A stretch of DNA of 64,000 bases from the NCBI RefSeq assembly GCF_009914755.1, contig NC_060932.1; one strand, 5' to 3'. The translations under genes were made by a program, and so were the position numbers. This document shows, piece by piece, positions 42,557 through 56,393 of this stretch. The stretch is from the human T2T-CHM13v2.0 reference genome, Homo sapiens. How positions within the stretch are numbered: the first letter of the stretch is position 1; every line of letters begins with the position of its first letter. The notes beneath the pieces are model-generated. The model was not told the DNA's origin. It saw only the letters and a program-made list of their open reading frames with translations, and ran no database searches.

Positions 42557-43973
42557 AGGCGCCATGAGCTTGTCACCTTCTCTAATGGAGGAAGAGGTGA
42601 GTTCATAGTTTTTGTAAAACATTTCCACTTCGAATCTGCTAGTTTCATGTTCATCCATAATTCATTTTTCTGTCTTTTCTCCTGAGCTGATATTATGATG
42701 ATAATTATAGTAAAGCTGTGTCATATTCTTTTGGATAAAGTCATTTTAACGATATATTTTAACTTCCTTTAGCGCTTTGTGTGCTGACATAATCAGGAAT
42801 TGCATGGAGTTACAACTTTTCTTTCTCTCACAATCTCCATTTGAAGAAATCATTTTTTAATGTGCTGTGTGTGTGCATGTATAGGCATGTGTGTATATGT
42901 GTATAATAAGAGAAATAGGGTTGGGACATGTCTTGATAATCTCAAATTTCTAACCATCCTGCTCCTTTTTTTGTTGTATTTGTAATATTCTTCTAATGTT
43001 ATTAATAAAAATAAAACTGTTTCCCATTCAGAGTTTTTTTAAACTTTTAAATAGTAAAATGACATGATAATCGGTGGATTTAATAAGAACAGAAAAAGTT
43101 GGGACAAGCGTATCAGACATTTTATTAATCAGAGGTAGTAACCACTTGCCATATTAAAGCTGGGTTTCAAGTGACCTTAAATGCCCTTCCTCTCATTACA
43201 TTCACCAGAAACTGCCAGAACATTCCAGATGCATGTCAATGGATATGAAAATAAAATAGGAATTTTATTACTTCTAGCTCCTTGAGAAGGTAACAATACG
43301 ATAATTTGCTTTATGTTTTGCAGTTGATGGGTTATATGATTCAATACAAGCAGTTCCAAATAACTGCGATTGCATCATCCAAATAAGTTAATTTGTGTGA
43401 GATCAATGATTTACCTGAGCCACACATGGTAAAATCAAGCTGGGAAAAAATAGTCTTTTTGACAACAACGGCAGGGAACTGAGACTTTATAATTTTTTTC
43501 TGTTCTGATAACATTAGAATCCCCTTTAAAAGAAGAAAAGTATTATTGGTTTGCCTCAAAGACAAGATAATAGGAAAAACCTGTGAAATTATTCTGTTTC
43601 AGTAATCCAAACAAGAGAAAAACCCTAATGGAAAGAAACTGATAGAGAGCAAAGTAGATAGACTCATTTCTGAGTCTGATTTTTTTAATGATTAAAAGGG
43701 AAAGTGGAATACATATATGAAACAATTTCTCAGTTAAGTTGCAACGATAATAGGAAAGCCTGATACGGTCATGCGCATTTAACACTGAATATGTTGAACC
43801 TTCATATTTTGAAACTTGGACAAAAAAAAAACGTTTAAGTACTTAAATGAGATAATCACAAACTTGAAAATAAATGCCCTATTGATATTCTATGTTTGTT
43901 TGTTTGTTTGTTTGTTTTAATTAAAGGAGAGTTGCTGTTGCAGGTTAAATAAAGAGATGTTCTTAATTCCTTA

Positions 43974-44026
43974 CAACTGAAAAAAACTCCATATTTGTTT
44001 GCAACTGAAAAAACTCCACATTTGTT
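43974..44026. repeat. Imperfect ~28-bp tandem duplication
   Basis: CAACTGAAAAAAACTCCATATTTGTT / CAACTGAAAAAACTCCACATTTGTT. Confidence 0.85.
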
Positions 44027-45482
44027 AGTTGCCACTAAGCAGTGTCACAGGCAAAGCAATTCATTTAAACAAATGTATTATTATACACACATAGGGCTTG
44101 TATTCTTTGAAGTAGTTTAACAGTTACTAGCCACAAAACTTCATTTCTACTGGTAAATCGCTCTATCTATCCATCTATCTATCTATCTATATGTATATAT
44201 GTGTATGAACTTGTACATGTGTTAAGAATAAAACACACACCTTATCAACAACTTATGTGTACACAGATATTTCATCAGTATATTTACAGGTTATAAAAAT
44301 TTTTATATTTCTGTTTATATTTCTCTTACATAAAGAATTTCTTAGGACCTTATTTTCATCCCTCCTAGTCATGATCCATATTGTACTCACATGCTGCTTA
44401 AAATACAAGTTTTAATTTTCTTATTAACACATGGTTGGTCCATTCTCTGTGCACCATATGCCTACCAGCAGCCCTTATTGTCTTTTACCATCTGGGCTGC
44501 TGATTCTCAGAGCTTCTCCTCTCCTGTTTTTTAATTTTTTTATTTTTTTAATAACTATTAACTATCTTTTAAAGGCAATGATCTTAGAATATCACTGGAT
44601 ATGCTACCAGCTGCTTAGTTTCCACTTAGAGTTTTTTTTTTCCCTATATGAGTCTTATGAATTTTTAAAGGACCATTTACGGCAAAGAGCAGATTAAACA
44701 TGTTCCGGATGATTTGAAAATTTGGTATTTTAAAAGCAGTATTAAAGCTCAAAATAAAATTTAAGAATCAAACCTGGTTACATGGCACATACTACTTTGA
44801 GGAAAGGGCCTCGAAAATTGTCATATGGCCAATGTGAATTCTAGATTACTTCCTCATAAGCCTTTTTTATATGCCCATCAAAGTGCTTAGATGCTGTGGT
44901 GAGACAGCCTGCCAAACATTCTCTAGAATGAAGCTGAAATTAGCCACCCAAATGGTGCTTCTAGTCTTGATCCAGGTTTTGCAAGTCATTGGCTATAGGC
45001 AGGATTAACTAATTGAGGACTTATGTTCACTATAATGTAGAAAAACAAGGAAACAAAAAAGACACCAAACAAAAATTTAATAGCTCATATCTAGGAAAAA
45101 TAAACAGAGACATCAACCTTCTTATGCCCCCATGAATTGCTGCTAACCCACTTAAGGCATTTTATGTTGGACATGTTCAACTGATATTAGAGGGAAAGAA
45201 GCATCCAGTGCTCACAGCAGGCAATTGCCCAAGCCACTGTGGTTTAGCAAGGACATCTAGCAGCTCCACCTCTCTTACAGCCCTTTAGGAAGACGCAGGG
45301 CGACAACTATAGTTTCTCTGCCCATTTTGAATTACTTAGAGAAAGTATTTTGTGAAGTATTACATTTTTTAATATTTGCTTCATATAAACCTACACTCTT
45401 CACAACTCCCAAGGTAGGGTACGTCTTATTTCTATACCTCTGCATACCTAACTGATACTGTATATCTTTGTTTAGAAGCTAT

Positions 45483-45585
45483 GGCTTCTATTAAATTTAA
45501 TTACTTACCCCTGTGGCTTTAAATTGAGGGTTGCTATAAAACAAAGACGGCTTCTATTAAATTTAATTACTTTCCCCTGCGGCTT
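45483..45585. repeat. 37-bp direct repeat separated by a 29-bp spacer
   Basis: GGCTTCTATTAAATTTAATTACTT(A/T)CCCCTG(T/C)GGCTT at 45483-45519 and 45549-45585. Confidence 0.9.
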
Positions 45586-46972
45586 GCATAGGAATGGTGG
45601 CTTCCATTAAAAACTGCATGGTATAGGTGTGGCTGCTAATCAAGGATGCTTCTAAATGAAGATATACAATCTGTAGTAACAATTAATCAAAGAAGATGTT
45701 AGGTATGGAAATAGAATCACATGATAATGTCACTTCTAAAATTTATTAAAGTCATCATAGTTCTGAAACAATTTTCATAATTTATGTCGTTCTGTTTTCT
45801 AAATAAAAACTATAGCTCACATCTGCACATACTATATAGGATATATTAATGTTCGATTGAAGAAGGTAAATATTTTTAAACATCCAAACCTATCAGGTAA
45901 AGAATAAGACTTTGTGATGCTTTAAACTGATTTTCCCCCTTTGATAGTAGCTGAATAAAGAAAATGGCTTACAGATTTAGCTGTGTATATAGTTTGAAAG
46001 TAACAACTGAAAAATGATGTTCATAATCTGAATTGCAATGAAACCAATTATCTGTACTGTGGTTATTCACATGGGAATTCTCCTAAAGGTTTAGTATTTC
46101 TTAAAAGAAATTAAAAACAGCTGTAAAAATACCATAAAACAAAAATAGCAGCTGCAAAAGAGATTAACATTCCTAAATTTCATTTGAACCTGATATGTTA
46201 TTTTTCCAACAGCAACATATATATTATGATTTTTAAATCTATCTTTATGAAATTTTACCTTAAAAAAAACAAGACTACTGAATACATTTTGATATTACCA
46301 GTCTTTAATATTTACATGAATTTTATACAGTTTTCCCCCCTAAGATTTTTTATTATTATTCTATATTTTTAGTAATCCTCAAAGATGAATGACCATTTCT
46401 CAAAGATGAATATAATAGAATATTCTAAAATCATTTCAGATTTAAAGATTACTTATTACTGTAAATTGTTTAATTTACAGCAGTCTATGTGTGTCTCTCT
46501 TTTTCTCATATTTAGACCTGTCAACTGCCTTTCACAGTGAACCATGCATGAAGACCAAGAGCCTTTTAAAATTTTTATATAGTGTCTGCTTTCCAATTAA
46601 GCAAACAGCCATAAATGAAACTATACCCAATGTTTATATACATGCATTATATTAAAACAAAATGCAATTTATAAAACAGATCTGGAGGTGGTGACAGTAT
46701 AAAACAGTTAGTTTTGCTGTACTGTTCAAACATATGGCAGCAACTTTTGTAGACTTGCACCAGATGGAGGCCTTTAATCGATCCGGGCTGTTATACCGTA
46801 TGTTATTTCTCCATTAAAAAGAGTTCCTCCTTCCCAACTTATAAATTACATAAATTGCTAAATTTTTAAATACAAGCAGAAGTACTTTTGCAATATAGAA
46901 ATTATAAATTGTGAATATTTTCAAAAGGCAACAAATTTTTAAAGAGATAAAAGCTATCTGAAACTTATATTT

Positions 46973-47066
46973 ATTGAGCAAAACTTGTCAGCTTTTCAGA
47001 TTTAGCATATTCAATATTGATTGAGCAAAACTTGTCAGCTTTTCAGATTTAGCATATTCAATATTG
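46973..47066. repeat. Perfect 47-bp tandem duplication
   Basis: ATTGAGCAAAACTTGTCAGCTTTTCAGATTTAGCATATTCAATATTG twice (46973-47019, 47020-47066). Confidence 0.95.
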
Positions 47067-50000
47067 CTTACATATCTTATTTGTCTGGGTTTTTGTTGGT
47101 TTAGTAGTCAAATGCTTTCAGAAGACAGCATTATACTCTTGGCAAACTAGTAAATTTTGCCAATATTCATGGAGCCAGTTAAACAATTAAACTTGATAAA
47201 CGCTTCAGTAATTAGAGTTTTCAATGGTAAAAAACACTTTTTCACTGGACTTCACATTAAAATATTTCCAGGTTTTCGACACAATTTGAAAAATATTTTT
47301 CCCAAATGAATATCAACTCAGTCTCATTGTCATTTAAATGAAATTTGAGGAAATTAATTTATATAAAAGGTAAAATGATTTATGTATGTTAGTACTTGAG
47401 AGACAAATCTAATGGATAGACACTGCTGTCATACGCACACACAGAATTGTAGTTTGTTTTATCTTAAATATGTTAGCAAAGCCAATTTTCTCTCTCACAC
47501 ACACATACAGTATAATTTAAAAAATATGTGAGGGGCTGAAAAATATACAGCATTTTGAAATAGTTTACTGCTATTGTTCTTTTGTTATAAATATTATTTG
47601 TGACATAGGTTCAGATTTTGAAGTAAACTAAGATGTATACATAACAGAAATCAAATGAAAGCAACTAGTCTCTGGAGAAATATGCAATCCTTTTGTAGAA
47701 TCCAGCTTTAATGTAGACCAGTACTTAACATATTTACAGCTTATAACAACTTAAGAAATGGGTGAATGTTGAAACAAAATATCAACCAGATCTATTCTCT
47801 TTAGCATGTTTATTTATGACTACTTTCTTTTGAAAGAAACCAGGAGTATGATAATGGTTGAGCACAGACTAAATAGGCTGTGTTTTCATGAGCAGAAATC
47901 CCATACAAATACTGGAGAGAAAAGCTGTATTTTTTCCAATGTAATACTACAAGAGCAAATGACAGCCTTACCTGATGGCTGATATCTTTTATAGTACAAC
48001 AGTGACATATTTTATGCATCACAAAGAATGATCAAAGATGTCTCAAGAGGCTTTCTGTCATGGAATGTGGCCCCACAGCCCCTGTCTGCCTTTAAATCAG
48101 GCAATAATACACCTTTAAAATAAGTTGGACATGCTTTCCAGCTTGATGATTATTTTGGATATATTTGAGCATGATTTTGATTTCTCTTTCAGTTACGGGA
48201 TTTCTAAAATTATATGCATGTTTCATTTGGTTATGAAATGAAAAGTCACTAAAATAAACATGAGATTGTATATTTTAAAAAGTGTATGTTTAGCATATAG
48301 TTCTGCTTGTTTTTACTGCTTTTGTAATATAATGTAGTTAAGAAAAGAAAATGCAATTCAGAAACTAACAAAACCTTTCCCATTTGTTTCCCATTAAAAT
48401 ATATTAATAAAATAACGTCAACAAACTTTTTGTTCTTACACAGAAAATTTTGCATTGCAGCTATTTCTTAATATAACTTAAGTGACTATTTAGATTTTCT
48501 ATACAAATTAAAAATAAATTGAAAAATTGTGGCATTCACCTTGTTAATTTTAGCACATAGCCACCAATCCTATAATGTCTGGATAATTTCCAAAAATACT
48601 ATTTTCCTAAATACCCTGACAGATTTTGATGAAAATGTCTTGTTACTCAAACTTATCTAGATAATTAAATTCTCTCCTCTCTTTGGTGTTTGTCTCTACA
48701 CGTGAGCAAAGAACAAGAAAAGAGACTATTTAATGAAATTAAAATCTACTGGCTATTCATAGTGAGTATTTTGCCAGGACGACATATATTTTTGAACAAA
48801 CAAGTAACCAAAAGCTGTTTATGCTGGTTGGTTAAAGACTTTGTTAATGAGACAAGACCATCAGTTGCATAAATCATCCAAGTTCATTTTGTTGCAGTGA
48901 CAGAAGTGTATTTTTAAAGAAATGCTACATGAAGGTACTTTTACCGAGATTTTTATTTAACGATAGTTCTAGAGTACTAACAGATTTTAACTCTGTAGTA
49001 AATTGCTCTGAAGGGTGTCCTCAAAACAGCACAAAACAGGGCCAAATTATAAACTCAGTTAATCAGTCTTATGGGCAAAGCCACTCAAAACGTATGCCCT
49101 AAAGAGAGTGAGTATTCCAACATTTTCTTTTATTTCTAAAAAACTTGCATAACAAATTGCAAAAAATTGTGTACTAAAAATCTATATTTTGCTCTTAGGC
49201 CATTAATCATATTGCCTTTTTAGCCTTTAACAACTACATAAATTACAATAAAATTGTAATTATAGTCACTATTAGTTCAGCTAAAGATATCAGTTGATAT
49301 TTAAATTTGTTGTAATGTTTGTTGTCATACTAATGATCTTATATAAAATTAGTTTCTTTGAAATGAATTGTTAAAATTAATTGTGATTTGTTAGATTACA
49401 TAATTTTTAATGAGTCCCCACCCCCACATCTGAAACCAATAAAATGCCATAAAAAAGGTAGTAGCAAGAATATTTTTTATAAGAAACTATTGCTCCTTAA
49501 ATTTTTCAGAGTCATGAAAGGTATGTTGGTCCACGATTTTACAAGATTATCAGTTTATGTATTTTGACTTCGCTGAGCTTTAACTCATTTTAAAGTTAGG
49601 ATTTGCAATTTGATGTTTCATTTTGAACAAATCAGTAATATGTCATTATTTATAGTCTACCTAAAATGCTTTGAAAACTATCAAATATTAAAGAAATGTA
49701 GGATTACTTGAACTCAGCAATCATAAAAATACCTTCTTACACATATAACAAATACTGCTTTTGTAATACATGACAATTATAATATATATGACAAATATTT
49801 TAGCACTGTATTTTCTATTTTAATTGTCCATCTTTTAGAATCCTATTAAAATTAAGAAAACACAAAATAATAATTATGAAATACCATGTAACTAGGTGCA
49901 AATTTTCAGAATTGTTATTTTTTTACTACATCATATCTGTTCTGTTTACAAGGAATCTAGAAGACTGATAGAAATGATAGAAAAAATGATAGAAAAGAAT

Positions 50001-52714
50001 GATAGAAAAAATTAAAATACTTTTAGAAACAGAAAATAAATTTTTAGACTTTGCAGTATTTCAGGGAGAAGACAAGATAAGGAATCTTCTAGGGTCTTCT
50101 TGGCCATTAGGTAGTATATGTTTGATATCTGTAGTTTCATATGTCTGTCATTTCAACATTTACAAAATGAAAACTTGATAAAATAAGATCTCTTCGAGCT
50201 CAAGAATTACAGGGCTTTAGTTTTAGAAGAAAATCTAAATTTGATCTAGCCTTTTACATCCAAACAGTATGTTAGACATCTTGCCAACACACTAAAATCT
50301 TATATTTACATATACATTTATAGATCACAAAATACGGTAACATGTATTATCTTAGATCATTCATGAAATAGCTCAAAAAAGCAAGCCCCGTTATCCTTTT
50401 ACAGGATAATAACAAAATTTAGACTCAGGGAGTCACTTTTTCCTTTAATATTTCCACAAAGTGTTCAAGTGGGAAACAGAAACCACTTCTATTTCAAATG
50501 CAATATTCTTTGCACTGTACTGTCTTCTATAGAATTACTTCAACAGCTTTGAAAAGTAATAATTCAGCTTTTGAGTGACAAGGAGCTCATTATAAGTCAG
50601 CTTATTTCTATTTGGGGCTGCCTTGTAATAAAATGATATAATCATTAATATATACTTTATATTCAACCAAATATGGCTTCTTGTCTTTTGCAGCCATTGT
50701 TCTGCCTCTGAAATTGCACTCTGCTGTGATCTTCTCAGGGGTAGGGAATGTGGATGATATGTGCATCTTCAGCAAGAAGCACAGTAATTACAACATAGTA
50801 GATGCCTAATAAATATTGGTTGGCTATATTGCTTCAAATTTGGAAATTTTTCTGTCCCAAACTGTTATAAGTTGTCAAAGTGTTATCTTTGCTTTCGGGT
50901 GAAACTTCCCCTGCCATTTCAGCATGGATTCAAATAGCCTTGTTCAAAGATATATCACCAGCACCGGAACAGGATTGGCACATAGTTGGCAAGTAACTAT
51001 ATAAATGCACTATATAAATATGTGAAATGACTAAACATAACTGATTTAACCATTTTAGACAATTTATTACATTTGGATCATTCTTCTCGGGATACAATCA
51101 ATTTTATCAAAGTTCCACTGAAAACATACCATTCAACACTGAACATATGAAGCGCTTATGTGTAGTATAACCCCTTTAAAAATTGCTAAAAGAAGTAATT
51201 GTTACCTGTACATATTCATTGCTTATAATAATTGAGTCAGAAATTATTTTTATTTTTATAACTCATCTACATAAACCCAGGACAAACCTATATTAGAATA
51301 TCACAAAAATAAATTTGTAATAAGGAAACAGAATAAACTGGACAATTACAAACAAATTGAGAGGTTTTTCTTAGTGTATATATTTTTGCTATGACCTTCA
51401 AGTTGTGCTAAAGTATAAAATTAGCAATAGTAGGCAAATAAAATAATTTTATTTGACTAGAAACTTGCATGATTCATGAGGTTTAATTGCAATAAAACTA
51501 TTTCAGACTATTTAAAGCTCACATAAAAATTGGTCTGATTTATACCTGTTTTTAAATAATTTATTGTAATTAGAGTTATTACGTTGATTATATTTTGATA
51601 CTATAATTGGAGTTAGCCTTAAACATTTTTCTAATACTGGGTATGTTATTCTCATTTCATTTAAAAAGTATGATTTTTCCCACATAGTAGCACAGGTCAA
51701 AAATAAATAGTTGTCTTTAACTCTCATATAAGGCCCATAATTATATTTTTACATAATTTGTTTCTAAAAGCCCCCAAAATATATGTTTATAAGAGAATAG
51801 TGGCCCTTAAATAGTCATTTCAACTACAGAACCAACACTTAAAAGAAATAGAAAATCCTGAAAAATCCAGAGTTAATGCTTAAAGGCAAATTGAAATTAC
51901 TCTTTTCATAAATAATGAATTAAAATATGATAGGAAATGACAACAAACTTTCTATGATTAAGATGAATATGAGAGAGTAACTGAAGAATTAGTAATAAGT
52001 TTCAAGGTTAATGAGAAAAATTAAATGTTAAATATTGGATATAGTTGTTGCAATAACTATGAGTCCCAGGACTTAAACTAAGACCACATTTAGAAGTCCC
52101 TGTGTTAGAAAAAATAGTCTCAGTTGAAACTTTCCTCCTAAGAACTTTTGCTTTATTTTGGCAAACTAAAATGGGAAATGAAGATAGTTAGCAAAGTAAT
52201 TCAATAAAAAGTCAAGTAAACAAATATAATTCTGTTGAAATGTCCATAATATTTGGGAGAAAATGCTTTTGGTTTTGTGTTTAAAAAGAACGTGTACATA
52301 TTCAATAAAATAAAACATTGGGAAAGGAATGGATGCATAAAACAGGTGAAGGTGTTAAATTCATAAAATGAGATCAGACACACTTTATAAACCATATTCA
52401 TATTACTGTTTGAAACATTTTTTTGGTCTTTTAAAGCAATTTTCTAGACAAAGTGGTCCACGTTGAGTGATTAAGCACCAGAGTTCTTGCCTTGTCTTAT
52501 GACAACCTAACACTTTGTGTGTATGTATTCTTTATCAAATTAGAATGAAAAACAAGGAATTGTGTTTACCCAGAATGATTGTTTTCTAGTGTCTTACAGA
52601 TAACTCTAAACAACTAGAAGGAACGAAAGAGCCAAGTTTGACAAAATGCTTTTTTAGTGACACTTTTGAGGAACAGGTGCTCCCACAAGTTGCTGATGAG
52701 ATACATAAATTTAG

Positions 52715-52767
52715 ATGCATCTTAAATACATTATGTTAAGCAACAGCAGCCAATCATAAAAGATTAC

Positions 52768-52808
<41 letters not shown>

Positions 52809-53055
52809 TCCATTTATATGGCATACTTAAAAAGATAAAACTTTAACAAGAGAGAACAGATGAATGGCTGCCAGGGGTTTGGGATGGAGAGAGGGCATAA
52901 TCACAGAGAAGTACCATGGGAGATTTGGGGAATGATGGAACTCATCTTTCTTCCGAGTGTGGAGGTAGTTCTACAAATCTATACTCTGTTAGAACTCATA
53001 GAACTGTACCACAAAAAAAGTAAATTTTACGTCTGTCAGTTTTTAAAATAAAAAT
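52715..53055 (+). mobile_element. L1ME-like 3' end fragment containing (TG)n at 52771-52805
   Basis: ATACATTATGTTAAG..ATTCCATTTATATG..GGCTGCCAGGGGTTTGGG..AACTCATAGAACTGTAC..AATTTTAC. Confidence 0.75.
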
Positions 53056-55875
53056 ATTTATATTCTTATTCTTAAAAGGTAATTTTAAAATTCTTAAAAG
53101 AAAATAATTTTACACATAAGAATATATACTTATATATTCTGTGTGTCTAGTCATGTTATATATTCTTTATCTATATGCAGAAATACTGGGAGGCTATACT
53201 AGAAACTAATTAAAGTGACAGGGCTTTGTGGGTAAGAATGGTTTGGACAATGACAGGAACAAAAGAGAACTTCTTAATTTCTGTCTTTTAATATTGTTTT
53301 CTCTTTGCACCATATGATTGAACTACCTATTTGAAAAATACAATTAAATTACAACAAAACAAACAACAAGAATCAGATCTTTGGCTGGCTGATTTATTTC
53401 TCCCTCCCCCCACCCCCAGGGATAGTAAATTATTTGCTTAATACTTTCAAATTGTGTAAAAACAATGAAAGGTAAGTATATACAAAGTTCATTGGACTCA
53501 TTTCTTGAGCATTATTTTTTTAACCCTATGCATAGCCAGAGACAGCCTTTTACCTAATAGGAATTAATGCATCTTTCTTCTATAAATGATTCCTCTAATG
53601 TCTGAATCAGCTGCTTTGAAATAAACTGGAAAAAATGGCAATCCATTTCTTTATGAAAACCCTAACACTCACAGCTATATGTTGTGGCTTATTCTGTAAC
53701 AAAACTTTGGTTTACTATTTTTAAAATACAGCTATGTTTGTATTATGTAATACTAACAGGTTACCAAATGAAGTAAAAGCAGTTAAACAAGTTGCTTATC
53801 TAGTCAATGGGAAATAACTAATTATTTTTCTACCCAGTTGACCTGTTTGAATATTTTGGTGTTGCTGATACTGTCTAAATATGAAACATAACTGAGAGAA
53901 CCTATTACTTTTCATTGGCATTCATCTTTGGGTTTCTTCTCTCAAAATTCAGTAGGCTTACATCAGAACCCAGACCACTAAGAGGTTTTCTCCTTGTACT
54001 TTCATAAATGGCACCACTAAGTGTGCGCTACGATTTCCTTTTTCAATTTTTAAAATGCAAGGTTTTTAATTGATTGATATTTTCAGCCAGGGTATTGTTT
54101 GAAAGATGCTGCCAGTTTTCATTGTCAATTATTTATTTTTTTTTTCTATTTGTTTCAAATGCCTTCTCAAGGAATAAGGAATAACCTTTCTCTCCATTTT
54201 GAAGAAAGACTCCCTATCTTTTCAAGTATCAGTGAAGTTAAAGGACATGGACACTGAGGACTTGACTTCGAATTTCCAATTCCTAGGATCATGTTACACC
54301 AAATAACCAACTAATTTAGTTAGAATATCAATAAGTTTAGTCCACAAAGTTAGTTGCTTAAGTGCTGCAGCTACATTTTTATTTTAGGTTTTGGTCTACT
54401 AGCGTTCCAAAATATTCTGAAAAGAAGTTCCAGTTTGGAGATTCCTGTGCATGGTTTTTCTCTTGCTTAGTAAGGACTTAGTAAGAATCGACCCAACTAA
54501 TGCCCCTCTAGAGGAAAAAACTGTGAAACTAGTTTCCAGAGTTGAAACGAGTAACCATTTTAAATCACAATAAAAATAATTTTTAAATGTTTTATATTAT
54601 TTTACCCTTATCCATCCTAGACAAACTGTACCCACAGTACTATTCAATACTGTGAACAGGATGATATTCAGCTGGAGAATTTTTGTCCTGGTTTCGCATT
54701 CTGTGACACTGCGCTAATTGATAGCAATGCCTTCGATGTATTATATTAACAAGAGAGAAAGCATGTAGGACACTGAGAGAATGACAGGCATGCCACTCAT
54801 CAATATTTTATTAGATCAAATCTTGACTCTTATAAAGCCCAAGTTCTCTCCCTCCCCAGGTAGAAGGATGATAATGTGCTAGATTGTGTATGATTTCTTA
54901 TTACAGAGATGTCAGTTTTAGCTTGAAACATAAACATATTTTTATTCATACATTAGTGCTTATAGTGATCAATGACAGTGTACCTAGTATACTAGAATTT
55001 GTTTTTGATCAGTAGAAATGCAATTATTCATAAAACTCAAAACAGAGGCAAAGTTGTGAAAGAGAAGAAAAGAATTATAGGTTTCTTACAGGGAAGGTAA
55101 TTTTAATATAGACGAGATTGGTCCAAGTTCTGCCATTTGGATTGATAGATTATCTAGCAGAACTATCATTTCAATAATCTCAATGACAGTACAGCACTGG
55201 ATACGTGGTGCAGTATTATAAATTAAATTTACTGCAAATGTTATTGCAGAGAATATGGAAAGAGATCTATTATTTATGTTGGTGAAAGTTTAGATAGGAA
55301 AAAATTTAAGGTTCTTTGACAAAACATAACAGAAATGATCTATATGATATGGCTATATTGCCAGTTGTCAAAAATTTCACTTTGGCCATTACTTCTTCAT
55401 CAGTATCCTTGAGTTATAGTGACATGATTCCACTTGTGAGAGAAAATATTATATTAATCAACTTGAATGTTACCCCTGTAAGGTGGTGCTTTGTAGTGTT
55501 TAGCAATGTTGGATGCAGTTAACTTTTTAAAGAAATATTTTGGCTTTTATTTATTTTGTCCAATATTGAGAACTTGTAGCAGGCACAATATAAAGTTGTT
55601 GGTAATTCCTGCATACTGACAATAAGAACTGTAATCATAGCAAATGGAGTTTATTGCATTCATGCTTACTGATTTTAACATGCAGATTTTTTATTAACTT
55701 ATCAGATACTCTTTTTTATACTTGAATAATTATATATCTAAAATATAATTTCATATCTATCATCTGTTTCTATCCATCTTTCCATTCAATTATATTTCTA
55801 TTTACATAAATACCTTTCGCTAAAGTAAAATTAAATCAGTGTATATTTCTCAGGTATATTATTTATTATCAGAAC

Positions 55876-56247
55876 TGTATTAGTCTGTTCTCACACTGCT
55901 ATAAAGATCTACCTGAGACTGGGTGATTTATGAAGAAAAGAGGTTTAATTGACTCACAGTTCCACAGGCTGTACAGGAATCATGGCTAGGAGGCTTACAA
56001 TCATGGTGGAAGGTAAAGGGCAAGCAAGTATGTCTGTCTATGGTGGAGCAGAAGAGAAAGATAGTGAAGGGGGAAATGCCACATACTTTCAAACAACCAG
56101 ATCTCGTGAGAACATACTATCACAAGAACAGCAAGGGGGAAATCTGCCCCCATGATCCGATCACATCCCACTAGGTCTCTCCCTTGACATTTGGGGATTA
56201 CAATTCGACATGAGATTTGGGTGGGGACATAGAGCCAAACCAAATCA
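55876..56247 (-). mobile_element. THE1D-like solo LTR
   Basis: TGTATTAGTCTGTTCTCACACTGCTATAAAG..CAGGCTGTACAGGAA..GCCAAACCAAATCA; 5-bp TSD AGAAC at 55871-55875 and 56248-56252. Confidence 0.94.
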
Positions 56248-56393
56248 AGAACATTCGGCCTATATCATTATTATTACTTTACATCTGTCTTATTGGCTGG
56301 TTTGCAAGCTTCATAAGACGCAAGTGCCCCAAGCATTCAAAATACTAAAACTATCAATTTCACCTTCCCCCTCCACTCCCATTTGGGTGCATT

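Noticed and set aside
42113-42658. 181-aa and overlapping low-complexity ORFs
   Set aside because: Open only because the GGAA/GAAA microsatellite lacks stop codons
45483-45585. CRISPR-like repeat-spacer geometry
   Set aside because: Only two full repeats, primate DNA and no cas genes; better explained as a local duplication
47809-48113. Minus-strand exon signals (CAG|GTAAGG at 47972, CTTTTCTCTCCAG at 47912, AATAAA at 47809-47814)
   Set aside because: The implied intron is only 60 nt and such motifs are expected by chance; no other support
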